This document shows positions 19,129 to 28,920 of a stretch of 64,000 bases of DNA, in pieces. Source of the DNA: Ignavibacteria bacterium (GTDB lineage Bacteria; Bacteroidota; Ignavibacteria; Tepidaquicellales; Tepidaquicellaceae); NCBI GenBank assembly GCA_016709315.1, contig JADJMZ010000007.1:291546-355545 (forward strand), written 5' to 3'. The notes beneath the pieces were generated by a model. The model saw only the letters and a list, made by a program, of their open reading frames with translations, had not been told where the DNA came from and made no database searches. The translations under genes and the position numbers were made by a program. Each line of letters starts with the position of its first letter. The stretch's first letter is position 1.

Positions 19129-20619
19129 TTAAATTATTTCTCTTCTCAATTTTGATGCCGGAATGTTTAACGCTTCCCGGTATTTTGCAATTGTCCTTCG
19201 GGCGATTACGAAACCGGATTTTATGAGTATATCCGCTAAATCGCTGTCTGTTAATGGTTTACGCTTGTCTTCTTTTTCTATAAGATCTTTCAGTATGATC
19301 TTTACTTCCTTATTTGAAATTTCTCCGCCGCTTTCAGTTTGCAATGCAGAGCTGAAGAATGAACGAAGTTCGTAAATACCGAAATCTGTTTGCACATATT
19401 TTCCTTTCACTGTCCGGCTTACTGTTGAAGGATCCATATTTATATCTGCCGCTATTTCCTTCTCATACATCACTTTCAATCCTTCGCCGTTATTATCAAA
19501 ATATGATTTTTGCCTTACAATAATAGCATTCATTACTTTAAGCATTGTTTCTCTTCTGGAGTTAATAGCTTCAATGAACCATTTCGCTTTATTAAAATTA
19601 TTCAGTATGTATTCCTTAGTTCCTTTGTCAAGTTTTTTCTTTTTATTTGAATACATTTGCTGATATGTCCTGCTTAATCTTAAAGAAGGAATAAATCTCT
19701 CGTTAAGGAATATTTCGTATATACCGTTAACTTTTTTTACAATGAGATCAGGCGTTATATAGTTCTCACTCTCAATTTCATTAACAAATCCAGGCTTTGG
19801 ATTCAGTTTATGTATAAATTCAAATATCTCGCTTACAAAGCTTACCTCAATATTTAAGTCCCTGCTTACATTTTCAAATCGTTTTAATCTCAAATCTTCA
19901 AGATGATTTTCAATAATAATGCCTGCAAGTTTCTTAATGTAAGGCGGCTTTCCGGACCTTTCAGTCTGAATCAGGAGACACTCTTTCAGATCTCTTGCTG
20001 CAATGCCGGCCGGATCAAGATTCTTTTGAATAAATTTCAGCGTATCATCAATCTCATTTATTGTAAATGAATCGTCTTCAAATTCAGTCCCCGACTTTTT
20101 GACTTCAAGATCAGCCAGTATATCTTCATAATTTTCCTTGAAATATCCGTCATCTGTAAGCGACCATATTATTTCTTCTCCGATAAATGTTTTCCTGGCG
20201 TTAAGCTCGGATAAATGTAACTGCAGAAGAAGCCCTGAACTTAATGAACTCTCCTGGCTAATGCTGCCGTTGTCATAGGATTTGCTCTCGCTGTATTCTG
20301 GTGTTACCGGTAATTCGCTTTCATTCTCAAAATATTCGTCCCATTCGGCTTCTTCATTGTTTTTGGAATCCTGTTCTTCAGTTTCACTTTTAATTTCATC
20401 ACTGTCCTCAGTCAATCTGTTATCTTCATTTACCGGATCTGCAGTGTCAGTTTCTCCTGCTCCTGTATCACCCTCTTCCTCAAGCATAGGATTCTGCTCG
20501 AGCTCTTTCTTGATTATATTTTCAAGAGCAAGTGTCGGTATAGCAAGTATTTTCTGGTTCAGAATCACAGCAGGAAGAAGCTTCTGCATTAATTTAAGAT
20601 TCTGTGTCTGTTTTAACAT
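19129..20619 (-). CDS. rpoN: RNA polymerase sigma-54 factor
   Basis: N-terminal Q/L-rich region MLKQTQNLKLMQKL, an acidic linker, and the C-terminal RpoN box ARRTIAKYRE. Confidence 0.92.
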   Translation of the reverse strand: MLKQTQNLKLMQKLLPAVILNQKILAIPTLALENIIKKELEQNPMLEEEGDTGAGETDTADPVNEDNRLTEDSDEIKSETEEQDSKNNEEAEWDEYFENESELPVTPEYSESKSYDNGSISQESSLSSGLLLQLHLSELNARKTFIGEEIIWSLTDDGYFKENYEDILADLEVKKSGTEFEDDSFTINEIDDTLKFIQKNLDPAGIAARDLKECLLIQTERSGKPPYIKKLAGIIIENHLEDLRLKRFENVSRDLNIEVSFVSEIFEFIHKLNPKPGFVNEIESENYITPDLIVKKVNGIYEIFLNERFIPSLRLSRTYQQMYSNKKKKLDKGTKEYILNNFNKAKWFIEAINSRRETMLKVMNAIIVRQKSYFDNNGEGLKVMYEKEIAADINMDPSTVSRTVKGKYVQTDFGIYELRSFFSSALQTESGGEISNKEVKIILKDLIEKEDKRKPLTDSDLADILIKSGFVIARRTIAKYREALNIPASKLRREII

Positions 20620-20620
20620 T

Positions 20621-21172
20621 TTAAGTTTTCTTTAAATATTTTTTTTTCAGATCTCTGTAAAACTCTTTGCCGTATTCTCTTTCGAGCGGCTCTTTTGCAA
20701 ATTCAAATACAGTTAAATTTTCATTTTCGCCTTTTTCAATTGCATCAATGCATTCATAAAGCTCTTCATATCTTATGATCTTTCTTTTTCTGCCAAAAAT
20801 TCTTACAGGAAATAAATGGCAGGATATTGGTTTTATGAAATCAGTTTCACCGTTGTAATATGCTTTCTGGAACGAGCATTTTGCAATTCCATCCTCGTAA
20901 AACGCAAATACACATTCCCTGTAATCATAACTATTGATGGAATAATCATCTTTTTCGCCAACCAAAAATCCTTCCCGCTCAATGACTTCAATATGATTTT
21001 CACTGAGATATTTTTCAACTGTCTTTATATTTCTTTTTATAATCTGCACTTCTTCATTCAGAAGCGGCGCGCCTCCTGCACCTTTAAGCGTGCAGCACGC
21101 TCCCTTGCACTTGCCGACATCACAGGAAAATTTTATTGTAAATATTCTGTCATCTATTATGAATTTCTCCAT
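20621..21172 (-). CDS. DUF3109-like Cys-rich protein
   Basis: CDVGKCKGACC cluster near the N-terminus. Size and pattern recalled from DUF3109 proteins of the FCB group. Confidence 0.55.
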   Translation of the reverse strand: MEKFIIDDRIFTIKFSCDVGKCKGACCTLKGAGGAPLLNEEVQIIKRNIKTVEKYLSENHIEVIEREGFLVGEKDDYSINSYDYRECVFAFYEDGIAKCSFQKAYYNGETDFIKPISCHLFPVRIFGRKRKIIRYEELYECIDAIEKGENENLTVFEFAKEPLEREYGKEFYRDLKKKYLKKT

Positions 21173-22299
21173 CAGTATCTCATAAAATATTTACCCGGCA
21201 CCTGCCTGACTAATGATTTAAATTCAAGTGTCAGAAGATTTACAAGACAATCTGAAATAGTAAGATCTGTTAACTCGTTTATAGTATCAATGTGAACCGG
21301 ATCGTAATCAAGTACAGAGTATATTTTATTTTCCGATTCGCTTAAGTTTAATGTAAGAACATCTGTCTTAGCTGTGTAGTCCTTTTTTAAAATAGGTTTT
21401 AATTTTACTTCGAGTTCATTTAAAATGTCGTCAATGTTTGTAATAAGTTTTGCCTGTCCCCTCTTTATTAACTCATTTGTTCCTTCGGATTGTTTCGAAC
21501 TTATATTTCCCGGAAATGCAAATACTTCCCGATCCTGATCTACCGCTATTTCAGCCGTAAGCAACGCTCCGCCTTTAATACCGCTTTCCACAACTATTGT
21601 TCCTACGCTTATTCCGCTTATAATTCTGTTCCTTCTGGGAAAATTTACTTTATCGGGTTTTGCACCGAGCGGATATTCTGAAATGACTGCGCCGCATTCA
21701 ATGACTTCCGAATATAATCTCTTATTCTCATAAGGATAGATAACATCAGCTCCGCAGCCGAAGACTGCATAATTCAGTCTTTTGTATTTAATACAGGTTT
21801 TGTGAACTATTGTATCTATTCCTCTTGCAAATCCGCTGACGATCGGAATATTAAGTCCGGATAATTCATCCGTAAACTTTTCACAGTTGTATTTACCATA
21901 TTCCGTGGGATTTCTTGTACCTACAATGCTGAGTGAATATTTATCTGTTTCAGAAAGCTTTCCTTTGTAATATAAAAGTACAGGCGTATCAAAAATTCTC
22001 TTCAGATTTTCAGGATAATCTTTATCAGAAATACAGACAAGTTTTATTTCACTTCTTTCAGCTCTTGAGAATATTTCATCAAACTCCCTGAAATACTTTT
22101 CTTTGTTTTTTATACCGGATAATATTTCCAGGGATATTGATTCATCAATTCCGTTAATTCTCTTCAGATCATTAATTTTACAATTGTAAAAATTTTCCGG
22201 CGAACTGAAATGATTCATAAGCTTTCTTATCTTTACATTCCCGAGCTTGTTAACCTGTGTTAGTAAGTAAATATATTTTAAAAATTCAAAAGAAGCCAA
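21172..22299 (-). CDS. dprA: DNA-processing protein DprA (Smf)
   Basis: IVGTRNPTEYG, SGFARGIDTIVHK and GTIVVESGIKGGAL Rossmann-like core, plus a C-terminal winged-helix-like tail. Confidence 0.88.
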   Translation of the reverse strand: MASFEFLKYIYLLTQVNKLGNVKIRKLMNHFSSPENFYNCKINDLKRINGIDESISLEILSGIKNKEKYFREFDEIFSRAERSEIKLVCISDKDYPENLKRIFDTPVLLYYKGKLSETDKYSLSIVGTRNPTEYGKYNCEKFTDELSGLNIPIVSGFARGIDTIVHKTCIKYKRLNYAVFGCGADVIYPYENKRLYSEVIECGAVISEYPLGAKPDKVNFPRRNRIISGISVGTIVVESGIKGGALLTAEIAVDQDREVFAFPGNISSKQSEGTNELIKRGQAKLITNIDDILNELEVKLKPILKKDYTAKTDVLTLNLSESENKIYSVLDYDPVHIDTINELTDLTISDCLVNLLTLEFKSLVRQVPGKYFMRY

Positions 22300-22401
22300 T
22301 TCAATTTTATTTTTACAAATTTAATTAATATTAAACTCTAAAAATATTCCAAAATTAAGTTAAACTCTAAATTGCATTGTCTGTTAAAAATTTATTTATA
22401 T

Positions 22402-22439
22402 GAAAACAAAAAGCCGGTTGTATTAATAAACCGGCTTTT
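22402..22439 (-). terminator. Rho-independent terminator of the 22462-24090 gene
   Basis: Minus strand reads aaaagccgg...ccggcttttt followed by a T-rich run, about 20 nt after the stop. Confidence 0.7.
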
Positions 22440-22461
22440 CTTTTGAATAGTATTTTTTGAC

Positions 22462-24090
22462 TTATGGAGTTATTGCGCTGACAGTATTGCTTGAATTATT
22501 ATCAACAATACTTACATCTATTGCATCAACAAATTTATCTCCCGATAAATCTGTATTAACATAACCAGTTACTGAATTATTCGCATCATTATCGATACTG
22601 CTGACATCGGAAGCATCTACAGATCCGTCCTGATCCACATCACCGCTGTATGCTGCAAATCTTACAGGAGAGAAATCCACCTGTTTCATGTTGCTTCCGT
22701 ACGCCTTGCTTAATGAATCACTGAAATTGTAACTTCCAAAATCCATTGGATTATAAATTTCTCCGCTTAACCTGCTCCAGGTTTCTATACTGTTTCTGTG
22801 TTTTATTACTACATAATATGTTCCCGAAGGAGCCGTATTAAATTTAAAACTGCCGGTGAAACTTACTGAATCTATTAACGCTTTTGATGAATCTATTATA
22901 TTGTATGGTGAACTTGCAGATCTGAGAAACGCTCTTACAGTGTCTTTTGCATTCAGACAGTTTGTTGAAGAATTATAAAATCCTTCAGGTACTGCGCTGA
23001 TATTGAAATTTGTTTTCAGCACATATAGTCCGGTTGATCTGTCAGATGCAATAATCTTTCCGGAAGGAAACATATACACTCCCCAGCATCCTTCGTAATT
23101 GCCAAAATCATTGGAAGGGTATGTGTCATAATAAGCTACTTCTGTCGGAACTGACGGATTTGAGATGTCAACTAATCTCACGCCTGCAGAGTAATGTGCT
23201 ACCAGAGCATACTTCCCGTAAATCTCAACATTGTGCACTATTGCACTTGTGATACCTGTCGGCTGCCAGTTCGTTACGTAAGTTATATTTCCCAGATCCT
23301 CTATGTTCCATATCTTCAATGCTCTCGGCAAATTTCCAATTTCATCAGTTACCAGAATATGTTTTCTGTCATCAGTCACTGCAGTGTTATGCGGACCTGA
23401 GTTTGCAATATTTATGAAAGATGTTATTCCTGTAAGCGTGTTTTTATTTGCTGCATTTATTATGCTTACCTTGCTTATATAAACATTTGCAGCATAGATT
23501 GTGTCATTTACAATTCTGCAGTCATGAATATAATCAACATTATATCCTCCCCTCTTCACCGGTGTTTCGGGATTTACAGTAAGATCAAGTACTGTAACTC
23601 CACTGCCGAATCCCGAATTGCAGCCGTTCAGATAAAGATAAGGACCGGATTGTGAAATGCTGTGAGTGTAAGTATGTCCGGCAGGAACGAATTTTTTAAC
23701 ATAATGTACTGAATCAGGTAAATACTGAAGATCAACAATCTGTATGCCGCTGTTTCGTACTTCCGAAACTAAATATGCGTAATGGGAATAAGTTTTCATT
23801 TCACGCCAGAGATTATTCGGATCCCCGGGAGAAGTGGAAGCAACAAATCCAACCTCATGTATGTTTGAAGCATCTGTAATATCTACGAACTGTGTTCCGT
23901 CAAAAGTTCCTAGTATTGCATATTCTCTTCCGTCGGGTGCTTTATAACCCCACAATGCAGAATATGGTGTTGCATGAGTATTTACATTTGCAAGGAGATA
24001 CATATTTTTATTCCCAAGCTGTGCTTCTGAATTACCTGTTATGGAAAATGTAATAAAGATTGCAAAAAATGCAAGAAGTAGTTTCTTCAT
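22462..24090 (-). CDS. Secreted LVIVD-repeat beta-propeller protein with KHRN-IETWS module and dockerin-like C-terminus
   Basis: Signal peptide. LVIVD-type strands (IQIVDLQ, VTVLDLT, VRLVDIS, LYVLK). C-terminal GTYYVVIKHRNSIETWS, then GDVDQDGSVDASDVSSIDND ... DLSGDKFVDAIDVSIVDNN. Confidence 0.8.
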   Translation of the reverse strand: MKKLLLAFFAIFITFSITGNSEAQLGNKNMYLLANVNTHATPYSALWGYKAPDGREYAILGTFDGTQFVDITDASNIHEVGFVASTSPGDPNNLWREMKTYSHYAYLVSEVRNSGIQIVDLQYLPDSVHYVKKFVPAGHTYTHSISQSGPYLYLNGCNSGFGSGVTVLDLTVNPETPVKRGGYNVDYIHDCRIVNDTIYAANVYISKVSIINAANKNTLTGITSFINIANSGPHNTAVTDDRKHILVTDEIGNLPRALKIWNIEDLGNITYVTNWQPTGITSAIVHNVEIYGKYALVAHYSAGVRLVDISNPSVPTEVAYYDTYPSNDFGNYEGCWGVYMFPSGKIIASDRSTGLYVLKTNFNISAVPEGFYNSSTNCLNAKDTVRAFLRSASSPYNIIDSSKALIDSVSFTGSFKFNTAPSGTYYVVIKHRNSIETWSRLSGEIYNPMDFGSYNFSDSLSKAYGSNMKQVDFSPVRFAAYSGDVDQDGSVDASDVSSIDNDANNSVTGYVNTDLSGDKFVDAIDVSIVDNNSSNTVSAITP

Positions 24091-24337
24091 GTTTTTTGAT
24101 TAGTTTAATTTCTAAATATTTTTTGGAATTTATTGCTTGGGGTTCAGCAAAGTATAAAAATATTTAGTTAGTTACACTATATTTTATAAAGCATATTTAA
24201 AGGAGGATTGCGGCAGATCTATGAAGGATCTGTAATGCAGGTTAAGGATTGATATGCAAGGAAAATTTATGTCTCCATGCATAAAATTGTTCGTTTAAAA
24301 AAAACTTTTTAAGAGCTCATGCATTTGTTTTCTAAAT

Positions 24338-24370
24338 ATAAAAAAAGGACCGGATCACTGACCCGGTCCT
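24338..24370 (-). terminator. Rho-independent terminator (second of two in tandem)
   Basis: Minus strand: ggaccgg gtcagtgat ccggtcc followed by ttttttt. Confidence 0.6.
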
Positions 24371-24522
24371 TTAAACGAAAAGAAAGAAAATGAAAAAAGA
24401 TTTGAAGGTTCACTACGCCTGCAAACCATTGCTTGTATTTCAGATGATATTAACTGTATAAATTAACTGATCATCTCCCGCGCGGCAGCAACATTACCGC
24501 ACAAATTCTGTGAATATATATT

Positions 24523-24558
24523 TTAAAAAACTATGAGGGCTGCCCACATACAGCCCTC
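24523..24558 (-). terminator. Rho-independent terminator of the 24588-27140 gene
   Basis: Minus strand: gagggctg tatgtggg cagccctc followed by atagtttttt, 30 nt after the stop. Confidence 0.7.
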
Positions 24559-24587
24559 AATGACCATATGAAAATACTAGTACTTTC

Positions 24588-27140
24588 TTATGGTTTTGAT
24601 ACCAATATTCCTATTGTTGCATTGTTGTCAATTATTGAAAGATCCTGAGCATCTACAAAATTATCACCTGTTACATCTTCACTAACATAACCGCTTAATC
24701 CAATTACTGCTGCATTATCACCTAAGCTCAGATCTGAACCGTCTATTGCATCGTCCTGATTAATATCTCCGCTGTAATTGCAGTATCTGCCGAATGTTAA
24801 TGCCATATTGTTTCCGTATGCCTGTGTTGCTGCGCTTGTGAAATCATAATTATAATTTCCGCCGGCTGTCATTGCTATCGGCGCTGCGCTCCATGTTTCC
24901 ATTGAATTTCTGTGTTTAACTACTATATAGTATGAACCTGCAGGTGCAGTCGGGAATTCGAAATATCCGTATCCGACACCTGTTGTAAGTGTTGCATTTG
25001 CTGTTGCAACGAGATTATATGGAGAAGTCGAACTCCTTAACTCTGCAGTAACTACATCGCTGATCTGGGTTGTACCGTTCCAGAATCCTTCAATTCCAAC
25101 ATAAAGATTTGCTGAAATCAATGTTGAAGTCTCATACTTTCTTGCTACCTGATAAGAACCGTTTCTGTCAGAAATAGTGAACCATACATTCCTGTTTGGA
25201 TAATTAACATCAACAGTTGTTGAGAATCCCGGGTTTGTTGAAGTCCAGTTCAGACCGCCGTTGGTTGTCCTTGACATTGTTCCGCCGGCTGTGCTTATAA
25301 CACCGTCATTGATATTTAGCCATTTTGATCTGAAGACAGTCAGTGACTGCATGCTACCAAGTCCTGTAGAAATATCTGTCCAGGTAGTTCCAGCATCTGT
25401 ACTTCTTATTATAGTATTCATTGTGTCTACGGCACCGTTGTTTCCCGAACCGTGCATAAATAATACATCTTTATTTAATACAAACATATTGCTGAAGCTT
25501 AAAGCAGTGACAGGTGAACTTGTATTCTTTGTCCAGTTAGCTCCGCCGTTTGATGTAAACCAGAGTCCGCCTGTCTGACTTCCGACTGCATATCCTGTAT
25601 TTGCATTTGTCATCTGTATGCTTGTAACACCGCCATTAGGGCTGCCCTGCAATGTCTGTTGTGTCCAGGTAACTCCGCCATCAGTTGTCTTAGCTATCAT
25701 AGCAGGTGTGAAAGGACTATTTATACCTCCTATCCATCCTGTATTTACATCAACAAAATTAACTGTGTTAATTTGATATGTATTGATCGGCGCAGGCGGA
25801 GATTGAAGTACCCAGGTAACGCCTCCGTCTGTTGTTTTAGATAAAGAAACAGCAGCAGCACCTCCCCCTATCCATCCTGTTTGTGAATTTATCATTTGAG
25901 TAGCAAGAATCTGTCTGGTGTGTGAAGTTGTTTGAGAACTCCAGTTTGTACCACCGTTAGTTGAATAAAGCATTGTTCCGGATGCTCCTATCCATATATT
26001 TCCTGTTGGCGATTCTACAAACATACTCTGATATACCGAGTTAGTTGGTAATACAGAGTAATTTTTATTCCTCCATGTAGCTCCGCCGTCATTACTGAGA
26101 TTAACAATTCCACTTGTACCGACTACAGCCCAGTCAAGTCCGTTTATATCAAGTCCGTAAATAATGCTTGATGCCGGCTGATTTACATTACTTCCGTCAA
26201 AAAAGTTTATAGCAGTCCAGGTAACACCGTCATTGGTTGATTTGTAAATTTCTGTATAAGCGCCTGCCAGATATAAAGTACTTGTTGAACTTATATATTT
26301 TATTTTTCTTTGACCGACAGTAGCAGGAGGATTTGATTGTGTCCATGTTGTACCGCCATCTGTTGTATATGCAAAATAATTTCCGTTTCCGCTGACGTAT
26401 CCGGTATTGGCATCCTTAAAATAAATGTCAGTCGGAGTCGCAGCTGTTCCGGGTAAAGTCCAGACTTTCCATGCTGAATCGCCGCCCGGTTTATGATAAT
26501 AAATTTTTCTTGAAGTATTTGAAGCGATAAAAATATTACTTGTATCAAGAGCAAATACAGCATTATTGCTTGTTGACGGAAGTATCGGGCTGAATGACTG
26601 ATCCTGCCATGTTAATCCTCCGTCGGTAGTTTTAAAAAATCTTGCTTTGCCATTACCTGTTAAATATCCTGTATTTGCATCAATGAAATAAAAACTGTTA
26701 ACTGTTCCGCCTGTATCATTATACTCTACATAATTGAATGTATTTCCGCCGTCTGTAGTTCTTGAGATATATCCTTTAGGAACCGGATAACCGGTAATAA
26801 CAGAAAGTGATTGTCCTGCGACATATCCTGTATTTCCATCAAAGAACCAACCTGTATTAAGATCTCTTTTGGCTAAACCGCCTGTACCAGGCGTATTATC
26901 AGGAGATCCTGCAGAATTATTAACTGACCATGTATCACCACCGTCAGCTGATTTCATGAAAATACCTCTGCCGCCTACTGCAAAAATATTTGATGCATCG
27001 AAGATATTTACCCATTTAAGAGTTTGTCCTGCCGGCTGTCCGTTAAGCCAGTACCAGCCGTTCACATCCTGCTGAGAATAGGAATTTAAAACTCCGTTCA
27101 GCAGCATTACAAAAGCAAAAAGAATAACTTTGATTTTCAT
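24588..27140 (-). CDS. Secreted Ycf48/sortilin-like BNR multi-propeller protein with KHRN module and dockerin-like C-terminus
   Basis: Signal peptide. More than ten Asp-box-like repeats (SADGGDTW, TTDGGLTW, TTDGGTTW, STNDGVTW, SNDGGATW, TTDGGVTW and others). C-terminal GSYYIVVKHRNSMETWS, then GDINQDDAIDGSDLSLGDN ... DVTGDNFVDAQDLSIIDNN. Confidence 0.82.
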   Translation of the reverse strand: MKIKVILFAFVMLLNGVLNSYSQQDVNGWYWLNGQPAGQTLKWVNIFDASNIFAVGGRGIFMKSADGGDTWSVNNSAGSPDNTPGTGGLAKRDLNTGWFFDGNTGYVAGQSLSVITGYPVPKGYISRTTDGGNTFNYVEYNDTGGTVNSFYFIDANTGYLTGNGKARFFKTTDGGLTWQDQSFSPILPSTSNNAVFALDTSNIFIASNTSRKIYYHKPGGDSAWKVWTLPGTAATPTDIYFKDANTGYVSGNGNYFAYTTDGGTTWTQSNPPATVGQRKIKYISSTSTLYLAGAYTEIYKSTNDGVTWTAINFFDGSNVNQPASSIIYGLDINGLDWAVVGTSGIVNLSNDGGATWRNKNYSVLPTNSVYQSMFVESPTGNIWIGASGTMLYSTNGGTNWSSQTTSHTRQILATQMINSQTGWIGGGAAAVSLSKTTDGGVTWVLQSPPAPINTYQINTVNFVDVNTGWIGGINSPFTPAMIAKTTDGGVTWTQQTLQGSPNGGVTSIQMTNANTGYAVGSQTGGLWFTSNGGANWTKNTSSPVTALSFSNMFVLNKDVLFMHGSGNNGAVDTMNTIIRSTDAGTTWTDISTGLGSMQSLTVFRSKWLNINDGVISTAGGTMSRTTNGGLNWTSTNPGFSTTVDVNYPNRNVWFTISDRNGSYQVARKYETSTLISANLYVGIEGFWNGTTQISDVVTAELRSSTSPYNLVATANATLTTGVGYGYFEFPTAPAGSYYIVVKHRNSMETWSAAPIAMTAGGNYNYDFTSAATQAYGNNMALTFGRYCNYSGDINQDDAIDGSDLSLGDNAAVIGLSGYVSEDVTGDNFVDAQDLSIIDNNATIGILVSKP

Positions 27141-27331
27141 TTTGTTTGTGGTTTTATTAGTTAATATTTTGTTTGATTAAAAATTTAGTAAGTAAAAATA
27201 TAAAAATTGCTTTCACTTTACAAAGAAACGAAATGTAAATAATACCCAATTAATTTATATACATCATTATAAAAATTACATTTTGCTGATTTTTTAGCTA
27301 TTTTTGAATTATTGAAAATACCCAAACCCAC

Positions 27332-28804
27332 ATGGCAAATATTAATAATAAGCTGCTCTTTTTTATAAGATCACTTACAGAATCCGAATTAAATGAGTTC
27401 AGAAAATTCATCATTTCTCCTTTATATACTTCGGGAAGGAATTATGATACTCTCTTAAATGAAATTATAAAATTCAACAGCAAAGAAAGCAGCAGATTAA
27501 CAGTTCAGGACTTGTATTCAAAATTGTATCCCGGAAAAACATTTAATCCGCAGACTATAAAAAACCGCTTTTCCGAACTTCTTAAGCTAGGTGAAGAATT
27601 TCTTGTCTACAGAAAAATTCAGGACAGTCCCGCTGAGAAAGACAAACTGCTTCTTAGTTCCTACCTTGACAGAAAAATGTATAAATTCCTTGACAGTAAA
27701 CTGCAGAAAGAAATTTTCGAATTATCTTCAGCTCCTGATGATATTAAAAAATTTGAAAATTTATTTTCCCTTCAGGAAATGAGTATCAGGTCGCTTGGAG
27801 AAAAGAAAAAATTCGATGCCTATTTTCAAAAATTCTTTGAAAATACTTTGCTATCTACTTCCATATTTCTTAATAATCTGTTCACTAACGGCATAGAATA
27901 TAAGCAGCAGGAATATCTTAACAGAAAATATGAATTTAATTTTGTCCTTGAGATTCTGAAAGATATGAATCTTGCGAAAGTAATGAAGAAATGTCACAGT
28001 TCGGATCTGAAGATTCTTAAGATTGTGTCGATGAATTATAATCTGTACAAAGCCTATGAAAATATTAATAATGAGGATAATTATTTTGAAGCAAGAAAGA
28101 TATTTCATGAGCTTCATGATTCTCTGAGTAATGAATATAAACTCCAGCTTTATATGATCTTCATATACTTTTGCACAAGAAAGCAGAATCAGGGAATCAA
28201 TAAATATTACAATGAGCTGTTTAAACTGTTTAATGAGAAACTTGATTCAGGTTTTCACAGTGACTTCAGTCAGAATATTTATCCGCTTAGCAGTTTCAGA
28301 GATTATGTGTTTGTCGGGATTGAAGTAAATAAACTCAGCTGGGTAGATGACTTTCTGAAAAAGTATTCTGTTCTTCTGCCGGAAGACGTCAGAGATAATG
28401 AGGTCAATATTGCCAATGCAAAACTCTTCATCGCAAGAAAGAAATATCAGAATGCGCTCAGTATTATATCCGGTGTCAAGCCATCGAATTTTCTGCATTA
28501 TATTGATGTCTCTCTTATCAAACTGATAAGTTATTATGAACTCGGCGAATATGAAGATGCTTTTACTCTTATTGACAGGACAAGTCACTATATGAGAAAC
28601 CACAAGGAAATACCAAAATCCCACATGGTGAATTTCACAGGGTTTATAAAATTTCTCCATTTGCTTCTTAATGCTGCTACAGATACTAAGGTAAAAGATC
28701 AGGCATTTCTTTTTAACGAACTTAATAAATATAAATTGATTTCAAAACGGGACTGGCTGATTGAAAAGATATCTGAACTCAATAAACAAAAAAAGGCCGT
28801 CTGA
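27332..28804 (+). CDS. Hypothetical all-helical cytoplasmic protein (TPR-like?), function unknown
   Basis: 490-aa ORF with normal codon usage, no signal peptide and no recognised motif. Divergent from the 24588-27140 gene. Confidence 0.7.
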   Translation: MANINNKLLFFIRSLTESELNEFRKFIISPLYTSGRNYDTLLNEIIKFNSKESSRLTVQDLYSKLYPGKTFNPQTIKNRFSELLKLGEEFLVYRKIQDSPAEKDKLLLSSYLDRKMYKFLDSKLQKEIFELSSAPDDIKKFENLFSLQEMSIRSLGEKKKFDAYFQKFFENTLLSTSIFLNNLFTNGIEYKQQEYLNRKYEFNFVLEILKDMNLAKVMKKCHSSDLKILKIVSMNYNLYKAYENINNEDNYFEARKIFHELHDSLSNEYKLQLYMIFIYFCTRKQNQGINKYYNELFKLFNEKLDSGFHSDFSQNIYPLSSFRDYVFVGIEVNKLSWVDDFLKKYSVLLPEDVRDNEVNIANAKLFIARKKYQNALSIISGVKPSNFLHYIDVSLIKLISYYELGEYEDAFTLIDRTSHYMRNHKEIPKSHMVNFTGFIKFLHLLLNAATDTKVKDQAFLFNELNKYKLISKRDWLIEKISELNKQKKAV

Positions 28805-28811
28805 TGACAGC
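28781..28811. repeat. Left copy of the 31/32-nt direct repeat bracketing the repeat-array/GxxExxY cassette
   Basis: aataaacaaaaaaaggccgtctgatgacagc. Identical to 30112-30143 apart from one extra A. Overlaps the last codons and stop of the 27332-28804 ORF. Confidence 0.9.
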
Positions 28812-28920
28812 TATTTTAGTAAATATTTCTTCCTTAATTTTTGTTGAATGAAGTGTAATTCGTAATACCACTCAACAAACTATCTTTACTTTTACTTTAA
28901 CCAAATCTATTTTCTCAAAT

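Noticed and set aside
19129-20619. Sigma-54 (GG-N10-GC) promoters driving the nearby secreted-protein island
   Set aside because: Scanning the island intergenic regions by eye found no convincing TGGCAC-N5-TTGC element. There is nothing to support a link between rpoN and the island beyond proximity.
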